A stretch of DNA of 64,000 nt from a virus (lineage: Duplodnaviria; Caudoviricetes). Positions within the stretch are counted from its first letter, which is position 1, and each line of letters begins with the position of its first letter. The stretch is from the IMG/VR virus record IMGVR_UViG_3300007512_001664, positions 128,001 to 192,000 of that record, one strand, 5' to 3'. Below are positions 37,817 through 48,085 of the stretch, piece after piece. The translations under genes were made by a program, and so were the position numbers. The notes beneath the pieces were generated by a model. That model made no database searches. It saw nothing but the letters and a program-made list of their open reading frames with translations, and was not told where the DNA came from.

Positions 37817-38008
37817 ATGACGGATTATGATAAATTATGTGAACGATATATGACTAGACAGGTGCGTTCATTTTATCCACGTAAATTTGAATTATCACAA
37901 GAATTTATTGATGCATTTAAATTAGAATATTCTCGATTAGCTGAAAGCGGTCAAAACAAAAAAACATTATTAGAAAGAATTCGTAAAGCCTTAAGCTTCC
38001 ATCTTTAA
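37817..38008 (+). CDS. Small late protein
   Basis: TAAATA at 37806-37811. Confidence 0.65.
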   Translation: MTDYDKLCERYMTRQVRSFYPRKFELSQEFIDAFKLEYSRLAESGQNKKTLLERIRKALSFHL

Positions 38009-38791
38009 ATCTCTCAATACTTTTACAATATATTTTAAGATTTCAGACCGTACAATATCCAACTCATTAAATTTAAATGTACATATACCGTGCTTATAGG
38101 ACTCCTCCGTATTAAATGCATTTAAAATTGATTTAAAACCAGTCTTACTTCCTATATCACTTTGCTGAGTATCTCCGGTTACTATATATTTTGTATTTTC
38201 ACCGAATCGTGTTAAAATTGTAGTTAATTCCCCGGAGGTTAAATTTTGTGCTTCATCAATTAAAACACAGGCGTTATTAAACGTTAATCCACGTACGTAA
38301 TTTACCGGAACACACTTAATATATTGTTCAGTTATTAGACTAGAAGATAAAGACTTATCTAAAAATTCATTTAATTTTTCAAATAACGGAAAACACCACG
38401 GTAAAAATTTATCATCAACTTCTCCCGGTAATGAGCCCATGCTTTTTGACGCTGACTCTACAATACTTCGTATGTAGATAATTTCTTGTACTTTTTGTGT
38501 ACGTAATAATTGTAATGCGACATATACTGATAAATATGTCTTTGCCGACCCGGCAGGCCCATCGACTAACGCCATTCTACATATATCCTTAAAACATGTT
38601 TCAAGGAATTGTTCGTGAACGGGTGTTATTTCATATTTTTGTTTAACATCAAAATTTAGGAATGTATTCTTCTCTATACTTTCTTTAATTTCCTTATTGT
38701 TAACTAATTTTTTCTTACTAACTCGTCTGCCACTTAATGCAGTCTTTTTAGTTGAGTTAGAAACCGACGCGGAACGTCCTTTTCTAGCCAT
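37991..38791 (-). CDS. phoH: PhoH-like ATPase
   Basis: GPAGSAKT, RS.VE..G.LPG, RGLTF, IDEAQN, GD..QSD, DIVRS; minus-strand TAAATA at 38801-38806. Confidence 0.92.
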   Translation of the reverse strand: MARKGRSASVSNSTKKTALSGRRVSKKKLVNNKEIKESIEKNTFLNFDVKQKYEITPVHEQFLETCFKDICRMALVDGPAGSAKTYLSVYVALQLLRTQKVQEIIYIRSIVESASKSMGSLPGEVDDKFLPWCFPLFEKLNEFLDKSLSSSLITEQYIKCVPVNYVRGLTFNNACVLIDEAQNLTSGELTTILTRFGENTKYIVTGDTQQSDIGSKTGFKSILNAFNTEESYKHGICTFKFNELDIVRSEILKYIVKVLRDLKMEA

Positions 38792-38845
38792 ATCTTTAAA
38801 TATTTATTGCAATTTACCTAGATCGAAATCAATAATTAACAGTTA

Positions 38846-39649
38846 TTGGTGATAAAAATATTTACAGGATGGAGTAATCCCGGTGGTTCTACTACAGCAT
38901 TTATTAATTTATGCAATTTATTTAATAACAACGGTCATGAATGTATAATGTACGGTCCTCATGACTGGCATCTCGATAAATGTAATGGTGCAAAGTTACA
39001 GACTGCAACCACTAAAGAATCAGATAAAGTTATATATCACTTTTTACATGTAAGAAAAACTAGACCTAATGTTGATAAATTTATTTTAAGCTTACATGAA
39101 AAAGAGCTATATCCGTTAAAGCAAACACCTGTTCATATTTTTGATAAAATACATTTTTTAAATAAACAGCAGTTACTATGGCACGAAGCTCATACTATAA
39201 AAAATTTATCTTGGTTTATTTGCGGTAACGTAAATGAAGATTTAAAACCTTTTAACAAACCTAAACAAAAAATTGCTGGTATTATAGGTAGTATTGATAA
39301 AAATAAACAAGTACATGTTTCTATAGAGAGAGCTATAAAAGATGGTCATACTGATATTCGAATATACGGGACAATAAATGATCCTGATTATTACGAAAGT
39401 GACGTAAAACCTGTTATTGAAAAGTATTCTAAACAAGTCAAACTAATTGGTTATGTAGAAGAGAAACAAACAATATATGATACCATAACTGACGTGTATC
39501 ATTCGTCATTATCCGAAAATGCTTCTCTTGTATCAGATGAGTGTAAGTTAACTGATGTAAGCTTTCATGGTAATGAAAATATTATAGAACAAAGTTTGTG
39601 GTCGAATGTTGGTATTTTAAAGATTTGGAGAGATCAATTAGAGTTATGA
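38846..39649 (+). CDS. GT-B-like glycosyltransferase
   Basis: GWSNPGGS, IAGIIGSID..K, VYHSS..E; start is TTG 38846 or GTG 38849. Confidence 0.65.
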   Translation: MVIKIFTGWSNPGGSTTAFINLCNLFNNNGHECIMYGPHDWHLDKCNGAKLQTATTKESDKVIYHFLHVRKTRPNVDKFILSLHEKELYPLKQTPVHIFDKIHFLNKQQLLWHEAHTIKNLSWFICGNVNEDLKPFNKPKQKIAGIIGSIDKNKQVHVSIERAIKDGHTDIRIYGTINDPDYYESDVKPVIEKYSKQVKLIGYVEEKQTIYDTITDVYHSSLSENASLVSDECKLTDVSFHGNENIIEQSLWSNVGILKIWRDQLEL

Positions 39650-40371
39650 GCAATATTATTCAAACATTATGGATCGGAGATACACTTTCATGTATGGAGA
39701 TTCTGTCTTTAAATTCGTTTGTTAAAAACGATATGGAAATTCATTTATATTGTTATGAAGACATAAAGAATGTACCAGATGGTGTTATCATAAAAGACGG
39801 TAAGGATATTCTTCCTAAAGAAGATGTTTTTGCTTATCAAGTGGGACCTGGTAAGGGCTCATATTCTGCTTTTTCTAATTATTTTCGGTATAAACTATTG
39901 TACGAAAAGGGAGGCTGGTGGGTTGATACTGATATGGTCTGCTTACAGCCATGGGAATTTGAAGACGAATATGTATTTTGCTCAGAGGAAGACTACGATA
40001 CACATAAACCTATATTAAACACAGGAGCCATTAAATGTCCGAAGGGAGATAAGTTAATGGATTATTGTTATAATGAGTGTTTAAAGAAAGATAAAAAAAC
40101 ATTAGAGTGGGGAATTGTCGGTCCTAGGTTATTGAATGAAGCTGTAAACAAATTTAATTATAATGAGTATATTAAACCTATACATACTTTTTGTTTTATT
40201 GCTCCCTTTAGATCAAATTTGTTCATCACTCCAGGCAAAGTAATGAAACCTAGTAATAGTATATACGGATTACATTTATGGAATGAAGCATGGAGACGTA
40301 TAGGTTTAGATAAGAAGGGTACTTATCCACCGACTTCAATCTATGAGCAATTAAAAGCAAAATATGTATAA
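39646..40371 (+). CDS. GT32-like (DXD) glycosyltransferase
   Basis: QTLWIG, FRYKLLYEKGGWWVDTD, GPRLL, HLWN; ATGA-coupled start at 39646. Confidence 0.82.
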   Translation: MSNIIQTLWIGDTLSCMEILSLNSFVKNDMEIHLYCYEDIKNVPDGVIIKDGKDILPKEDVFAYQVGPGKGSYSAFSNYFRYKLLYEKGGWWVDTDMVCLQPWEFEDEYVFCSEEDYDTHKPILNTGAIKCPKGDKLMDYCYNECLKKDKKTLEWGIVGPRLLNEAVNKFNYNEYIKPIHTFCFIAPFRSNLFITPGKVMKPSNSIYGLHLWNEAWRRIGLDKKGTYPPTSIYEQLKAKYV

Positions 40372-42004
40372 TATAGTATTTTTAGTTAATAAACAATATT
40401 TTGATACTAAAATGTCTCGTGTTAGGTTTCATTCTATACGAGCTTTATTTGATCATGTAGATGTTAACGGTATATATACTGGTCCGGGTTGGGATAATTG
40501 GGATTCTGGTTTATTAGCACAGGAGAATTTAGATAATATCCTTCAAGGAGATGAATGTCATTTAGTTATTGGTTATAAACCTCTTGAGATTTCTGGTTTT
40601 GCGGATATTACTTATACTAAATGTATTCGTTATAATGAAATGTATGATAAACAATGGACCTTAAGAGAAATAACTGAGAGTAAAGCTAATGTTATTGTAT
40701 GTCATCATTATAATGACTATAAAGAATATATAACTATCTTAAAAAATAAAAAACTTAATCATATTAAATCTTTAACATGGGTCCCCCATAGCGCAGAGTC
40801 TAGTATATTTAAACCTAAACCTGAAATAGAAAAAAAATATGATGTAGCATTAGTTGGTGCCACAAATGTTACAACAATGTTAGGCGAGCATTATCCTTTA
40901 AGAGCAAGAATGGCTAGATTACTTAATTTAATGCCATCAAAATATAAATGGGCAGTTATTCCTCATGTCGGTGGATCACATTCTGATGCATATACAGATA
41001 AATATGCACACGATTTTGCAGACAAAATAAATTCTTCGAAGATTATTATTACAGATAGTGGTGCACCTAAATCTAGGTTTGGAAAATATATAGAAGTCCC
41101 TATGTGCGGGGTCGCCTTAGCGGGTGATGTATACGATGATCATCCAAAAGATGTCGATCTGTTAAAATCTTTTTTGATTGATATTAATATGCAAATGTCT
41201 GATCAAGAAATTATTAAAAAACTTATTTATTATTTAGAAAATGACTCTGAAAGAGAAAAAAAAGTAAACTCCGGTATTCAGTATACTAAAGATTTTACTC
41301 AAGAAAGATATGCAGAGAGATTTATTAACATATTAAGCAGTATTCGAAAAAAACCTAGAGTTAATTATTTTGATTTAGGCTTACATACTGGTTTAGAATT
41401 GAAGTATGTTCTTACTCACATATTAACGCCTCATAAAAAGGTAATAGATTTTAAAACTTACGGCTTCGAGGCATCTGAGAAGTTCGCCCTACGTCTCGAG
41501 GAGCAATATCATCCCCAACCAGAGTTAAATACAACAATAATTCATAAGGCTATCTCAAATACAGAAGATAAGATTAAACTCTATCACGTTAACTTGGATA
41601 TACAACCGAACGAAGTTGGTAACTCTATTTTTAGAACTAAAAATAATGTAACAGATGAGTACGAGGAAGTTAAAGGTATTATATTTTCTAAATGGTTAAA
41701 AGAAAACGTACCTGATTATGAAGAGCATTTTAATATTTTAAAGGTTAATATAGAGGGTGCGGAATGGCATTTATTTAACGACATGGTAGATAATGATATG
41801 TTACAATACTTTCCGGTTATTTTAGGAGCGGGTCATGACGTGGATAAAGTCTCTGAACTTGATTCTGACAAATATTGGAAGCTTATTAAAGACAATAATA
41901 TAAACATTCATAGATTTGTAGCTGATTGGCGCCCGGAACTGAATGCGAATATATCTGAGATAATAAGAAAGGAGTTTAAATTATGGAAACAAAATCGGAT
42001 ATAG
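40364..42004 (+). CDS. GT-B-like glycosyltransferase fused to an FkbM-type methyltransferase
   Basis: N-terminus KYDVALVG..KYIEVPMCG; C-terminus YFDLGLHTG, YGFEA, LKVNIEGAE. Confidence 0.72.
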   Translation: MYNIVFLVNKQYFDTKMSRVRFHSIRALFDHVDVNGIYTGPGWDNWDSGLLAQENLDNILQGDECHLVIGYKPLEISGFADITYTKCIRYNEMYDKQWTLREITESKANVIVCHHYNDYKEYITILKNKKLNHIKSLTWVPHSAESSIFKPKPEIEKKYDVALVGATNVTTMLGEHYPLRARMARLLNLMPSKYKWAVIPHVGGSHSDAYTDKYAHDFADKINSSKIIITDSGAPKSRFGKYIEVPMCGVALAGDVYDDHPKDVDLLKSFLIDINMQMSDQEIIKKLIYYLENDSEREKKVNSGIQYTKDFTQERYAERFINILSSIRKKPRVNYFDLGLHTGLELKYVLTHILTPHKKVIDFKTYGFEASEKFALRLEEQYHPQPELNTTIIHKAISNTEDKIKLYHVNLDIQPNEVGNSIFRTKNNVTDEYEEVKGIIFSKWLKENVPDYEEHFNILKVNIEGAEWHLFNDMVDNDMLQYFPVILGAGHDVDKVSELDSDKYWKLIKDNNINIHRFVADWRPELNANISEIIRKEFKLWKQNRI

Positions 42005-42591
42005 ATTTTATAGTAAAAAAACATCACTTAAACGATACTGGTTTAACGAGACATTATTTAACTTTATACTCTATAGTTTTAGGAATGGAGTCGAAGAATG
42101 TATTTGAATTCGGCGCCGGTTTTTCGACTCAAGCAATGGTTGAGGCGTTAAAATTAACTGGCGGTAAATTAACTAGTGTAGATAAAAGGTCTCTATCTGA
42201 GCGAGAAGATATTCCTGATGATTTTGTAACTGATAGTAAGGATATATGGTCATTTTGCCCAGGAAACTCTTTAGATGTTGTACCTACTTTAGATCATAGT
42301 GAATGTTATGATGTTGTATTACATGACGGTTCTCATACTGATGTAGAAGTTACTAAAGATTTAAATAATATAGCTCCATATGTTAAAAGTGGAGGATTAG
42401 TTTTAGTACACGACACAGCTCATTATGATCTCGGTCCTGAAATGAGACGAGGCCTAGCAAATAGTGATTTAATTAAAAAATATAAACACGACGGAACAAC
42501 ATTACCTTATGGTTACGGTCTGACTATTGTAAAAATATTTGATAACCCTGATAATAATAAAAAAGTTAACATACTATGGAGAAAAGAATAA
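41983..42591 (+). CDS. Class I SAM methyltransferase (Methyltransf_24-like)
   Basis: VFEFGAGFST, LHDGSH, GGLVLVHD. Confidence 0.85.
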   Translation: METKSDIDFIVKKHHLNDTGLTRHYLTLYSIVLGMESKNVFEFGAGFSTQAMVEALKLTGGKLTSVDKRSLSEREDIPDDFVTDSKDIWSFCPGNSLDVVPTLDHSECYDVVLHDGSHTDVEVTKDLNNIAPYVKSGGLVLVHDTAHYDLGPEMRRGLANSDLIKKYKHDGTTLPYGYGLTIVKIFDNPDNNKKVNILWRKE

Positions 42592-43541
42592 CATTTCTTA
42601 CAACTCATCGTGACTTCAACACAGGCTCTTACAGGATCTGGATTCATGATCTTAATAATTATTTTCAACAATTAAATATACCCTCTCAGATTGCTCATGA
42701 TATTGGAGATGAAGAGATTGTTATTGTTGTAAAGGGTGAACTTGAATTAGCTCACAATATAAAAATAGCTCACCCAGAAAAAAAGGTAGGATTAATAAAT
42801 CCCGCGATAGGTAAATATGATTATTGTGATTTTCTTATTGTAGGTTCGATAGAAGAACAAGCAAGTTTATCAATGAACAAAAATGTATTTTTGTATCCGT
42901 TAATTGAAGAATTATATCAAAATATAGATATAAAAGAACATACTGATACAGATGTATTACGTTTTTGCTTTCATGGTCATTACCCTCATTTAGCTAAGTT
43001 TGATCCACATGTCAAACTCGCATTGGAAGAATTTTCTAAAGAGAGGGAAATTGAGCTGCTTATTATTCATGGCCATCCAGAGTTTGATTGGCAAATTGGT
43101 CGACCGGATATAAAAATAAAATATAAGCCATGGCATGCAGGTACAATAGCTCAGAATATTCTATCAGCTGATATAGGATTATGCCCTAATGTTACATATA
43201 TAGATGATTATAAGCGAGATCAGGTTATTGATACTGGAGCATATGACACGGATTATGTAGTTAGGTTTAAAAATAAATCTAACGCTGGTAGAGCGTTTGT
43301 TTTTCATCAATTAGGGTTACCTGTTGTAACAGATCTTACTCCCAGCAACTTACATATTCTAGGAAACCCTGAACATGGTTTAATTGCCGCAGATAAAGAC
43401 GGGTGGCTAAAGGCATTTAGACAGCTATCATCTTCTAATAACAGAAACGAAATGGCATTAAAGGCGAAACAAGAATTTGACAGGCTTTATGATCCGTTAG
43501 TATGGGCGAAGAGAATATATACACAGCTAAATGAGTTATAA
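42576..43541 (+). CDS. GT-B-like glycosyltransferase
   Basis: GSYRIW, DIGLCP, KSNAGR......LGLPVV. Confidence 0.65.
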   Translation: MEKRITFLTTHRDFNTGSYRIWIHDLNNYFQQLNIPSQIAHDIGDEEIVIVVKGELELAHNIKIAHPEKKVGLINPAIGKYDYCDFLIVGSIEEQASLSMNKNVFLYPLIEELYQNIDIKEHTDTDVLRFCFHGHYPHLAKFDPHVKLALEEFSKEREIELLIIHGHPEFDWQIGRPDIKIKYKPWHAGTIAQNILSADIGLCPNVTYIDDYKRDQVIDTGAYDTDYVVRFKNKSNAGRAFVFHQLGLPVVTDLTPSNLHILGNPEHGLIAADKDGWLKAFRQLSSSNNRNEMALKAKQEFDRLYDPLVWAKRIYTQLNEL

Positions 43542-44163
43542 AGAATTAGTTTCAAAATATGGCCGTGGTTTAATGAGTCATGTTCAGTATACTGAAATAG
43601 CTAAAGAGTTAGAGCCACACTGTCCTTGTAATTTACTAGTTTTCGGTTTAGGAGACGACTCTCATTTGTGGCAAAACTTAAACATTAAGGGTGTAACAGT
43701 TTTTTTAGAAGATGATCAATCTTGGATAGATAAAATTTCAAATAAAAGCACAGAAGATTGTTCATATTTTGAGAATACTAATGAATTAACGGTACATCAT
43801 ATAAATTATAAAACAAAGATACAAGATTATCATCAAATAAATCTCGGTGTTAGAGATGATTCATTTTTTGATGAGGAAGAAATTAAAATCGATTTACCTT
43901 CTGAAGTAACGGATATTTTATGGGATTTTATAATTGTAGATGGCCCGTTAGGTCATCAACCACCACGGCCATATAATGGACCAGGTCGGATGAGTAGTAT
44001 TTTTTCCGCTTATTCATTGATAAAAGAAGATGGCATTATTGTTATAGATGATTATAATAGAGGTATTGAAAAAACATATTCAGATCATTATTTTGGGAAA
44101 GAAAATTTATTTAAAATGGTAGAAGGAAAGGTAGGTTTTTTTAAAAATGCAAAAAAGAGATAA
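43531..44163 (+). CDS. DUF579 / Polysacc_synt_4 (GXM/IRX15-like) polysaccharide O-methyltransferase
   Basis: CNLLVFGLG.DS..W..LN..G.TVFLE.D..WI, WDFIIVDGP.G, PGRMSSI. Confidence 0.78.
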   Translation: MSYKELVSKYGRGLMSHVQYTEIAKELEPHCPCNLLVFGLGDDSHLWQNLNIKGVTVFLEDDQSWIDKISNKSTEDCSYFENTNELTVHHINYKTKIQDYHQINLGVRDDSFFDEEEIKIDLPSEVTDILWDFIIVDGPLGHQPPRPYNGPGRMSSIFSAYSLIKEDGIIVIDDYNRGIEKTYSDHYFGKENLFKMVEGKVGFFKNAKKR

Positions 44164-44890
44164 AGGTATAATTTATACAGTTTATAATGCACTGGGTAAT
44201 ATGGAATTTTTTAGAGAATTAAGTATCTCTGTAGAGTCTTTTAGAAAATTTCATCCTGATCTTCATATTACTTGCTTTTCTGATATGAAGCCAGATGAGT
44301 TATTAAAGTTAGTACCAGGTATTGATGAATGCATACAAATTAATTGCCAGATATTAAGAGCAAAGGTCGATGTACTTAAGCATTCTCCATATGAAAAGAC
44401 ATTGTTCCTTGATACAGACACAGTTTTTAACTATAATGTTTACGACATATTTGATATGTTAGATGAATATGAGCTAGTTATTACTCATTGTTTGGCTAGA
44501 AAGAGAGAAAAATATTCAAAATGTATACCTGAATATAAAAACATTCCATATGCTTTTTCAGAAGTTAATACTGGTGTTTTAGGATTTAAAAAGTGTGATA
44601 ATATAGATAACTTATTTGATCTTTGGCCGAAATATTATCGTAAGTATTACAATGTTTGTCCATATGATCAACCTACATTTAGAGTTTCTTTATGGGAATC
44701 AAAAGCTAGATTATATATTTTACCTCCAGAGTATAATGCTAGGAGTAAACAGAACAGAGAAAAACAAAGAACGTTTCATCATGAATTTGGTCATGAGCAT
44801 CTTAGAGAGAGAATTCTTCATATGCATCATAAACAAAAAAATCTCGATTCAGCATTACAATATTGCTTAGAGAATTATCTTGAATATTAA
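44147..44890 (+). CDS. GT-A (DXD) nucleotide-diphospho-sugar transferase
   Basis: AKVD, TLFLDTD, NTGV, DQP.FR, EYN. Confidence 0.75.
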   Translation: MQKRDKGIIYTVYNALGNMEFFRELSISVESFRKFHPDLHITCFSDMKPDELLKLVPGIDECIQINCQILRAKVDVLKHSPYEKTLFLDTDTVFNYNVYDIFDMLDEYELVITHCLARKREKYSKCIPEYKNIPYAFSEVNTGVLGFKKCDNIDNLFDLWPKYYRKYYNVCPYDQPTFRVSLWESKARLYILPPEYNARSKQNREKQRTFHHEFGHEHLRERILHMHHKQKNLDSALQYCLENYLEY

Positions 44891-46488
44891 TGATTTGGAC
44901 CAATACATCTCTTTTTGATTCTCTTTTACCAAAAGAGCTAGTAACAACTACTCCAAGTAAAGCTACGTCAATTATATTAGGTGCTCCGCCTATAGATATA
45001 AAATTATTCCCTAATGTTAAATTTGTTTTTCGTGCAGGAGTTGGTACAGATAATGTAAATTTTTCTTCTGACATACAAGTAGAGTTTCCTTCAGTAAAAA
45101 CTAAGAATTACATCTATGAAGAAACTGCAAATTTTACTTGTAGTTTAATATTTAAAATGTTATATGATGGTATAGGAGACTTAACATCATGGAGTAGTAC
45201 TCAAAGACACGTTCTTACAAATAAGACTCTTCTTATTATCGGTCTAGGTAATATAGGACAAAGAGTTAAACATAAAATGGCTCCGTTTATTAAAAATATA
45301 TTAACTTATGATATTTTAAATGATGATAGACCTCCTGATTACAGTAAAGCTGATATAGTTACTCTTCATATACCTTATACTCCTCAAAATAAGAATTTTA
45401 TTAATAAAGAAAATCTTAAGAGATTTAAATCTGATGCTATTTTAATTAATACGGCTCGCGGTCCTTTAGTTAATGAAGATGATCTTTACCATCACTTAAA
45501 AATTACTAACATGCGTGCCGCGTTTGATGCTTTTTGGGAAGAGCCGTATACAGGTAAGCTTACTGAATTTAAAAGTGATAAGTTTTTCATGACACCTCAT
45601 ATAGCTAGTTCTAGTATAGAGTTTATTGAAGGTTGTTACGAAGATTTTAAATCACATCATGTACAAATTGCCGGTGCCGCTCGTCATCTGACGGATAAAA
45701 CCCCGGAACTAGATAAAGCCATAGAGTATACGGCGGGGTCGTATACTAACTTCTTAAAAGGTAAGAAAGTTATTATTATTGGCCCAGCACAGTATGTTAC
45801 TACTAAACCGTTCTATGGTTTTGGTGAAAAAATAGATAAAGAATTTGACGTTGTAGTAAGATTGAACAGAGGGTTAGATGTCATAGATAAGTACAAACCA
45901 TATATCGGCTCTAAAACAGATGTATTTTATAATTGTCTTATAGAGCATAAAGATAATGGAGGTATAATAGATATTAATAGACTTAAAGATCATAACATAC
46001 AGTGGGTATGTACAATACCACATTCTGATATTAAAGGTAATTGCCATAATAACAGGTTAAGTCCGATGGTCAATTTACAAACCGTATCTAAGATAGCAAA
46101 CAATTTTAATTTTCACGTAATGGATTATAGATTGTATGGAGAATTAAACAAAGGAGTAGCTTGTAGAGCTAATACTGGTTTTGCAGCGATATTTGATCTG
46201 TTAAATCGCGATGTTGAGTCTCTTTACGTTACTGGCTTTAGTTTTTATTTAGATAATTTTACACCAGGTTATAAAGAAGGTTGTACGAGAGATGAAGAGG
46301 AATTTGCTAAGCAATGTTTTGCATCTAAACGACATAATCAAGTAAATCAATGGGAGTATTCTCGTAAACATTTAAAAGATAACCCTAAAGTTATTTTAGA
46401 CGACGTATTAACTAAAATTTTAAATTTAAAAACTCTTAGTAGAGAAGAATTTAATGAAAAAACTCAAGATTTATATAGTAACGTATAA
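44890..46488 (+). CDS. D-2-hydroxyacid dehydrogenase fused to a GT29 sialyltransferase-like domain
   Basis: GLGNIG, TLHIP, INTARG, EEP, TPHIA; then sialylmotif-L-like VIIIGPA..GEKID..DVVVRLN..GSKTD, motif-S-like NTGFAAI..LYVTGF, and H. Confidence 0.8.
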   Translation: MIWTNTSLFDSLLPKELVTTTPSKATSIILGAPPIDIKLFPNVKFVFRAGVGTDNVNFSSDIQVEFPSVKTKNYIYEETANFTCSLIFKMLYDGIGDLTSWSSTQRHVLTNKTLLIIGLGNIGQRVKHKMAPFIKNILTYDILNDDRPPDYSKADIVTLHIPYTPQNKNFINKENLKRFKSDAILINTARGPLVNEDDLYHHLKITNMRAAFDAFWEEPYTGKLTEFKSDKFFMTPHIASSSIEFIEGCYEDFKSHHVQIAGAARHLTDKTPELDKAIEYTAGSYTNFLKGKKVIIIGPAQYVTTKPFYGFGEKIDKEFDVVVRLNRGLDVIDKYKPYIGSKTDVFYNCLIEHKDNGGIIDINRLKDHNIQWVCTIPHSDIKGNCHNNRLSPMVNLQTVSKIANNFNFHVMDYRLYGELNKGVACRANTGFAAIFDLLNRDVESLYVTGFSFYLDNFTPGYKEGCTRDEEEFAKQCFASKRHNQVNQWEYSRKHLKDNPKVILDDVLTKILNLKTLSREEFNEKTQDLYSNV

Positions 46489-47347
46489 GAGATCAGATGT
46501 TTTAAATGATACATTAGAAAAATTATTTAAATCTGATTTCTCTCAAATACCAAATACAGAAGTTAATATAATTAACAATCATACTGACTTTAAACTTAAT
46601 TCGCAATTTAAAGACAAGGTTAATGTATTACATAACGTCCTTAGACCAGATTGGTCTAACGGTAATTTAGCTGAAAATTGGAACCAAGCTTTAATTAATG
46701 GGTTTAAAGATCTCAATAAACCAGATTGTGAGTATCTAGTTACAATGCAAAATGATACAAGTGTTCATCCTAACTGGTGTAGTAATCTTTTAAAAATGCA
46801 TAAGAAGTATAATTTTATCGTAGGTAAGTTTGGCGATAATTTAGTAAGCTATACACCAGCAGCTGTTAAGAAGATTGGCATTTGGGATGAAAATTTCTTT
46901 GGAGTACAGTATAAAGAAGCAGATTATTGGTTACGAGCTTTAATTTTTAATAAAGAAAAATCGTGTATTAATGACATCCTACATGGTATTGAATTGAATA
47001 ACACTGATGCTCTTGAATTAGACACAGTAGCTGATCGAGTATTTGTTAAAGAACAAGGTTTTAGAGGAGATGAAACGTTAAAGCGAAGAGCAGATGACTC
47101 CGAGCATCAAGAAATTTGGAAAACTAGATCTGGTATATATAAAGAATATGCTTGGATGTATTTTTTTAATAAATGGAACGGTACATGGATTAAAAAACCG
47201 GAAAAATCTCAGTGGGTCAAGGCATGGCCAGCGGAACTTATTAATAACCCACCTGATATAACAAAATCTAAAATTAAATCTATCATAAAGTATTTGTATT
47301 TCGAAAAAGATATAGAAAACTTGAAAGGTAAAAATTATTTGTTATAG
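46454..47347 (+). CDS. GT2-like glycosyltransferase
   Basis: IVTYKR, WNQAL, QNDT, IGIWDENF...Y.EADY. Confidence 0.7.
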   Translation: MKKLKIYIVTYKRSDVLNDTLEKLFKSDFSQIPNTEVNIINNHTDFKLNSQFKDKVNVLHNVLRPDWSNGNLAENWNQALINGFKDLNKPDCEYLVTMQNDTSVHPNWCSNLLKMHKKYNFIVGKFGDNLVSYTPAAVKKIGIWDENFFGVQYKEADYWLRALIFNKEKSCINDILHGIELNNTDALELDTVADRVFVKEQGFRGDETLKRRADDSEHQEIWKTRSGIYKEYAWMYFFNKWNGTWIKKPEKSQWVKAWPAELINNPPDITKSKIKSIIKYLYFEKDIENLKGKNYLL

Positions 47348-47352
47348 ACTAT

Positions 47353-47382
47353 TTGACAAACTATTGTAATTATATATATAAG
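47353..47382 (+). promoter_or_regulatory. Sigma70-like promoter TTGACA...TATATA
   Basis: Perfect -35 at 47353-47358 and a TA-rich -10 at 47375-47382, immediately before ATG 47384. Confidence 0.6.
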
Positions 47383-47383
47383 G

Positions 47384-48085
47384 ATGAAGATTTTTATACC
47401 AATTAAACATGAATCTCAGAGAGTACCTGGTAAGAATTTTCGGCAATTAAGCGGTCTACCTCTTTACAAACATACACTTTACAAATTAAAAGATTATAAG
47501 GTTTTTGTTGATACGGATAGTGATGAAATAATTCATAATATACGTAATGATGTTAATTTAAGGAATGTTGTTACTCTTAAGAGACCTCATTATTTATGTG
47601 GTAACGATGTATCAGTAAATAAACTTATTGATAATCTTTTAAATGGGCATTGGCGCGGCGGAGCAGAGACATCTACAGTTATAGAGCCTAGCGATGTCGT
47701 ATGTCAAATTCATGTAACTAGTCCTTTCCTTAAATTAGAAACTTTAGAGAAGGCGTATAAGTTTTTTGAAAATGATAAGTGTGATTCCGTTGTTAGTTGT
47801 AATTTAATAAATTCTCGTTTATGGAGAAAGGAAGAATATGGTTATTGTCCCGTAAATCACAACCCTCTAAAACTAGAACAAACTCAATCACTTCCAACGT
47901 TGTATGAAGAGAATTCTGCTTTTTATATGTTTAAAAAAAGTGTATTTACTACTATTAAAAATAGGGTAGGTAAAAACCCAGCTTTCTTTAAAGTCGATCA
48001 TCCTGAGAATTTTGATATTGACACAGAAGATAATTGGCGGGAGTGTTTAAAAATTAATGAGACTCTTATGGCAACAACTTCCTAG
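47384..48085 (+). CDS. Acylneuraminate cytidylyltransferase-like (NeuA/KdsB family) 1
   Basis: IPIK.ESQRVPGKN, VDTDS, HVTSPF, YEENSAFY, DIDT. Confidence 0.88.
   Translation: MKIFIPIKHESQRVPGKNFRQLSGLPLYKHTLYKLKDYKVFVDTDSDEIIHNIRNDVNLRNVVTLKRPHYLCGNDVSVNKLIDNLLNGHWRGGAETSTVIEPSDVVCQIHVTSPFLKLETLEKAYKFFENDKCDSVVSCNLINSRLWRKEEYGYCPVNHNPLKLEQTQSLPTLYEENSAFYMFKKSVFTTIKNRVGKNPAFFKVDHPENFDIDTEDNWRECLKINETLMATTS

Noticed and set aside
37991-38791. phoH as a novel auxiliary gene, including the GSAKT Walker A variant
   Set aside because: phoH is routine in T4-like environmental phages, and a single Gly>Ala change is not enough to claim altered function
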